From Thecamonas trahens ATCC 50062 (Eukaryota; Protista; Apusomonadida): a DNA stretch of 23,721 bases. Shown here piece after piece: positions 20,425 through 23,721 of this stretch. How positions within the stretch are numbered: the first letter of the stretch is position 1; each line of letters starts with the position of its first letter. The DNA lies in contig NW_013657639.1 in the NCBI RefSeq assembly GCF_000142905.1, forward strand, positions 9,544 through 33,264, in the 5' to 3' direction. Under the pieces are notes generated by a model. It did not search any database. It was not told where the DNA came from and saw only the letters and a list, made by a program, of their open reading frames with translations. A program made the position numbers and the translations under genes.

Positions 20425-21335
20425 TGCACCGGCTGGCGCTTGTCGGGACCTACAGCCGACTTGGAGGGCGAGAGCACGCCTTGCGCCTTTGGAGCTGACG
20501 CAAGCGCAGCTGAAGGACGTGGCGGTCGAGCGCCTGTCGTGGCTGTCTTGGCATGGCGGCGACGGATACGTGCCGAGGAGTGATGCGAGCGCGCGCTTGG
20601 TGCGGCAGTGCGGATCCTGCGACTAGCGCGCGAGCGTTTCTCCCGCCGCGCTCTGACCCGAGAGATACGACGTGCGTGCGCTGCCGAGCGCGAGTCGGGC
20701 AGTGCACGCTCATCAGCCGGCTGGGCCGTATCTGCCGTCATGAGCGAGTCGCGCAGCGTGGTTCTCAGCGGGCGATCGTCCCGGGCCCGCGCCGATCCAC
20801 CGCCATCGACCGCAATCTGAGCCTTGAGGCTCGCAATTGCCCGCTTTGCATCTTCAAGCTCGATGCGAAGATCGACGACGTCAGCGTTTGCGGCGTTTGT
20901 GGCAGAGACAGCAAGCTTCAGTTGCTTGTCGGCCTCTGCCGCAGCAGCCTTTGCAGCGATGGCTCTTGAGCGCCAAGACTCGCCCACAGCCTTTTCCCAT
21001 CCACCTGCCGCCGCCACCGATCTCAACCTGCGAGTCAGCGCCCGTTCCGTCTCCAGCGCCACCTCCAGCGAGCTTTCCCGAGCATGTGCCGCCTCCAGAG
21101 CGCCATTAAGGGCAGCTATCTCAGCCCGTAGCGAGTTGCCTGACCGCAGGCCGCGTGCCGCCGACACCTGGGTCGTCTCCACCTCTTCCTCCATACAGCG
21201 CAGAGCGGAGGCGTGTGCGGAGGTGTGTGCAGTCGTGGCGTCGAGTGGTGGTTCCGCCGTCTTTGGTGGCTTTGGTTTGCTTCGCCGACTGGCTGACTGG
21301 GTTGAGTCTGGCGACATGGGTCGACCCCAGTCCAT
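16912..21335 (-). CDS. Multidomain Ras guanine nucleotide exchange factor, ~1,474 aa after one -1 repair near 18964-18967: coiled coil, SH3-like, ubiquitin/RA-like repeats, REM with DEP-like insert, CDC25 domain
   Basis: REM: GSLNTLVRRL, FLLTYDSFTSPQALLRKLLERY, IQLRVVNVLRNWL. CDC25: AQQIALLDYALFKRI, PNL..FIARFN...WV, NNFASVMALVSGL, PPCIPFIGIFIKDLTFIEE, INFAKRR, SLRVEPR. SH3-like: YAP...LPFPMG...GWALG...GVFP. ORFs 18615-21335 and 16912-18978 overlap in a -1 relation. The start codon is uncertain (21335 or a downstream Met). Confidence 0.88.
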
Positions 21336-21350
21336 CGACTCGCTCGGGTT

Positions 21351-21780
21351 GGGCGGGCTGATGGATGGGCGGGCTGATGGATGGGCGGGCTGATGGATGG
21401 GCGGGCTGATGGATGGGCGGGCTGATGGATGGGCGGGCTGATGGCTGGGCGGGCTGATGGATGGGCGGGCTGATGGATGGGCGGGCTGATGGATGGGCGG
21501 GCTGATGGATGGGCGGGCTGATGGCTGGGCGGGCTGATGGATGGGCGGGCTGATGGATGGGCGGGCTGATGGATGGGCGGGCTGATGGATGGGCGGGCTG
21601 ATGGATGGGCGGGCTGATGGATGGGCGGGCTGATGGATGAGCGGGCTGATGGCTGACTGGGCTGATGGATGGGCGGGCTGATGGATGGGCGGGCTGATGG
21701 ATGGGCGGGCTGATGGATGGGCGGGCTGATGGATGGGCGGGCTGATGGATGAGCGGGCTGATGGATGGGCGGGCTGATGG
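21351..21780. repeat. 16-bp minisatellite (GGGCGGGCTGATGGAT), ~27 copies, between the divergent RasGEF and GPx genes
   Basis: Directly visible tandem array with a few variant units (GGCT, GAGC) and one shortened unit. Confidence 0.97.
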
Positions 21781-21936
21781 CATCAGATGGCCAACATCAT
21801 GTATGATGGTGGGAGAGGGGAGAGGGGAGTGATGGATGTGATGACAGCAATCGAGGCGTGTGCCGGGTGTGTGAGCGATGGCTTCACGATGACAGCAGCA
21901 ACATAGGAGGCGACACTCATCTCCAAGCAGACCACC

Positions 21937-23152
21937 ATGTCGACGAGCGAGTACAGCGCCAGCGCTAGCAACGAGACATCCGGTAGCGGTGAGTATTCCA
22001 TGTCGTCTGCTGGTGACTCGAACTCGTCGTCGTCATCGTATGACGGTGTCTATGCCTACAAGTTCGACATGATCACCTCGGACAAGCCGCAGCGGCTGCC
22101 ACGCGACACAGCCGTTCTCTTGGTCAACATTGCCGCTCTATGAGGGCTGACCGCCGAGCAGATGCCGCAGCTCAACGAGCTGCAAACCATGTTTGAGGAC
22201 CATCCTTTTACCGTCTGGGCCATCCCGGCTAACCAGGTGCGTGCTACTCGCCTTGCTAGCTGGGCCCGGCCAGTGCTCGGGCCGAGGTTGAGAGGAAGTG
22301 GGCGAGATCGTGGAGGAGCGGTGAGAGATCGTGGAGGAGCGGTGAGAGATCGTGGAGGAGCGGTGAGAGATCGTGGAGGAGCGGTGAGAGATCGTGGAGG
22401 AGCGGTGAGAGATCGTGGAGGAGCGGAAGGGGTTGTTTGAGGAGCGGGGGAAGATTGGGGCGGGAAAGATGGTCGGGAGTGCGGGGAGAATAAGGCGGGA
22501 TTGAAGCGCCGGGGGAGCGGGAGATGGCGGCATGTACTCACCACTCTGTCGATGGCGAGAACAGCACGGACTCCAGGAGAACGCTCGGGACGTGGAGATC
22601 CTCAACATGTATCGGTACGTGCGACCGGGTAACGGCTACGAGCCGAACTTCCCGATCACCACCAAGATGGATGTTGTTGGCCCGAACGGCGGCCTGATGG
22701 CCGAGCTGGCTGCCCAGCTCCCGCTCAAGCCTGAGAACCCGAACCGCCGCTACCTGGTCGACACCACGCCGTGCGGCCTCAAGACCAAGAAGGTCTCGTC
22801 CAAGACCATCGAGTGGAACTTTGGCATGATCCTTGTCGGGCCCGACGGCACGCCGCTCAAGCGGTACTACCCGTCGGTCAAGCCTACCGACGACGTCGTC
22901 GTGGCCGACATCGAGGACGCGCTCGGCGTCATCCTCAAGCGCAAGGCCAAGAAGGCCAAGAAGGCCAAGAAGGCCAAGGGCGGTAAGGCCAAGGGCGGCA
23001 AGGCCAAGGGCGGCAAGGCGAAGAAGTCCAAGGCTGGCGCCTCATCGGCCGATGACTCGACTGATGCTGCCGAGTCGTCGAATGCCAAGTCCAAGGCCAA
23101 GTCCAAGGCCAAGTCCAAGGCCAAGGGCAAGGCCAAGAAGGCCCGGCGCTGA
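21937..23152 (+). CDS. Selenocysteine glutathione peroxidase (GPx1/2/3-like), join(21937..22236,22565..23152), 295 aa, Sec69 = TGA 22141-22143, Lys/Ala-rich C-terminal tail
   Basis: Read-through gives VLLVNIAAL-U-GLT...LNELQ...IPANQ|HGLQEN...EILNMYRYVRPGNGYEPNF...IEWNF.. LVGPDG..KRY. This is collinear with GPx1 (NVASLUGTT...FPCNQFGHQEN...YVRPGGGFEPNF...WNFEKFLVGPDG). The start has the context ACCATG. Confidence 0.92.
22237..22564 (+). other. Spliceosomal intron of the GPx gene, 328 nt, phase 0
   Basis: Donor CAG|GTGCGT, branch-like TACTCAC at 22535-22541, acceptor ACAG|. Removing it restores the frame and the NQ-HG-x-QE motif. Confidence 0.88.
22304..22426. repeat. 21-bp intronic minisatellite (GAGATCGTGGAGGAGCGGTGA), 5 full copies plus 1 partial
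   Basis: Perfect tandem units inside the GPx intron. Confidence 0.97.
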
Positions 23153-23257
23153 GCTGAGCTCGCGCCCTCCTCTGCCCACTTTGCTCTCAGCGTTACTAGC
23201 AATGATGCACTTGCGATGGATCCTCCATCCAGCGACGGCGCTTCTTCTGAATCGGAA

Positions 23258-23313
23258 CTGACAGACGCCTCCCCCAAGGCACGCACTACAGCGTGCCCGG
23301 GAGATGACTTGAT
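23258..23313 (+). promoter_or_regulatory. Candidate SECIS element (form 2, CUGA core) in the GPx 3' UTR
   Basis: C-UGAC core (23258-23262). Helix II AGACGCCUCCC (23263-23273) pairs with GGGAGAUGACU (23299-23309), 9 of 11 pairs. Unpaired CCAA at 23274-23277. Perfect 7-bp apical minihelix GGCACGC/GCGUGCC. 3' core UGAU (23310-23313). It lies ~105 nt after the stop. Helix I looks weak by eye. Confidence 0.6.
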
Positions 23314-23525
23314 CCCTTGACGCGCACAGGCCCATTTGTGCGGCACGGCACCCTGGCTCACTTCATCTGCTCGCCAAGCGATGCCGCAGCCCCTGTCTGT
23401 GCGCCGACAGCCTCTGGAAGCAGCACTCTACCTGAATGACCTCATCGCCAGCGCACCATTGTCGATGTTGACTGTAAAGATTGGCTCTCTGAACTTTGCG
23501 CACCCCTTGCGCACCGCTTGCCCTG

Positions 23526-23640
23526 ATCACGACCACGGCCACGACCACGACCACGACCACGACCACGATCATGACCACAATCACCACTACGATCATGACC
23601 ACGACCACAATCACAACCGCAATCACAACCACGAGAACAA
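23526..23640. repeat. Degenerate (GACCAC)n hexamer repeat
   Basis: Visible tandem GACCAC/GATCAT/AATCAC units; reads as Asp/Asn-His on the + strand. Confidence 0.9.
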
Positions 23641-23721
23641 TTGATCGACCCCCCCCCCCCGCCCCCCGACGCGGTAGCTCGGGACTCGGGAACGAGGCGC
23701 CACTGGCTGGCCCCTGAAATA

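Noticed and set aside
677-21393. The many long antisense and alternate-frame ORFs (e.g. 7970-9274, 10312-11646, 1919-3298)
   Set aside because: They are shadow ORFs expected in GC-rich coding DNA: Arg/Ser/Pro-rich with no recognisable motifs.
21121-21783. 220-aa ORF with PSARPSISPPIHQPAH repeats
   Set aside because: It is a translation of the 16-bp minisatellite, which has no stops on that strand.
22304-22426. 21-bp repeat as a CRISPR array or a coding RDRGGAV repeat
   Set aside because: There are no spacers, the context is eukaryotic, and the array lies inside the GT-AG intron needed to rebuild GPx.
23195-23475. AUGA-starting SECIS candidates at ~23202, 23304 and ~23436
   Set aside because: None has AA at the right distance together with a full helix II closing on a GA pair.

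Overview
This is GC-rich, compact, intron-poor eukaryotic nuclear DNA. The style suggests a unicellular protist such as an apusomonad, but that is inference only. Six protein genes fill almost the whole window: (1) a ~3,900-aa HECTD4/HERC-like HECT E3 ligase (129-11810, +) broken by six -1 frame breaks at G/C runs; (2) a minimal ionotropic glutamate receptor-like channel with no N-terminal domain (-); (3) a GATA zinc finger plus BAH-like (GATAD1-like) protein (+); (4) an atypical bHLH protein (-); (5) a multidomain RasGEF with SH3-like, ubiquitin-like and DEP-like parts (-, one -1 break); (6) a selenocysteine glutathione peroxidase that the ORF track splits. The peroxidase has an in-frame TGA at 22141, one 328-nt intron, a Lys-rich histone-like tail and a candidate non-canonical form-2 SECIS in its 3' UTR. 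There are also two minisatellites, several microsatellites and a 100-N assembly gap. The strongest lead is the selenoperoxidase with its histone-like tail and SECIS. The uniform -1 breaks are most likely homopolymer under-calls but deserve a read-level check. All domain calls come from motif recognition by eye; no searches were run.
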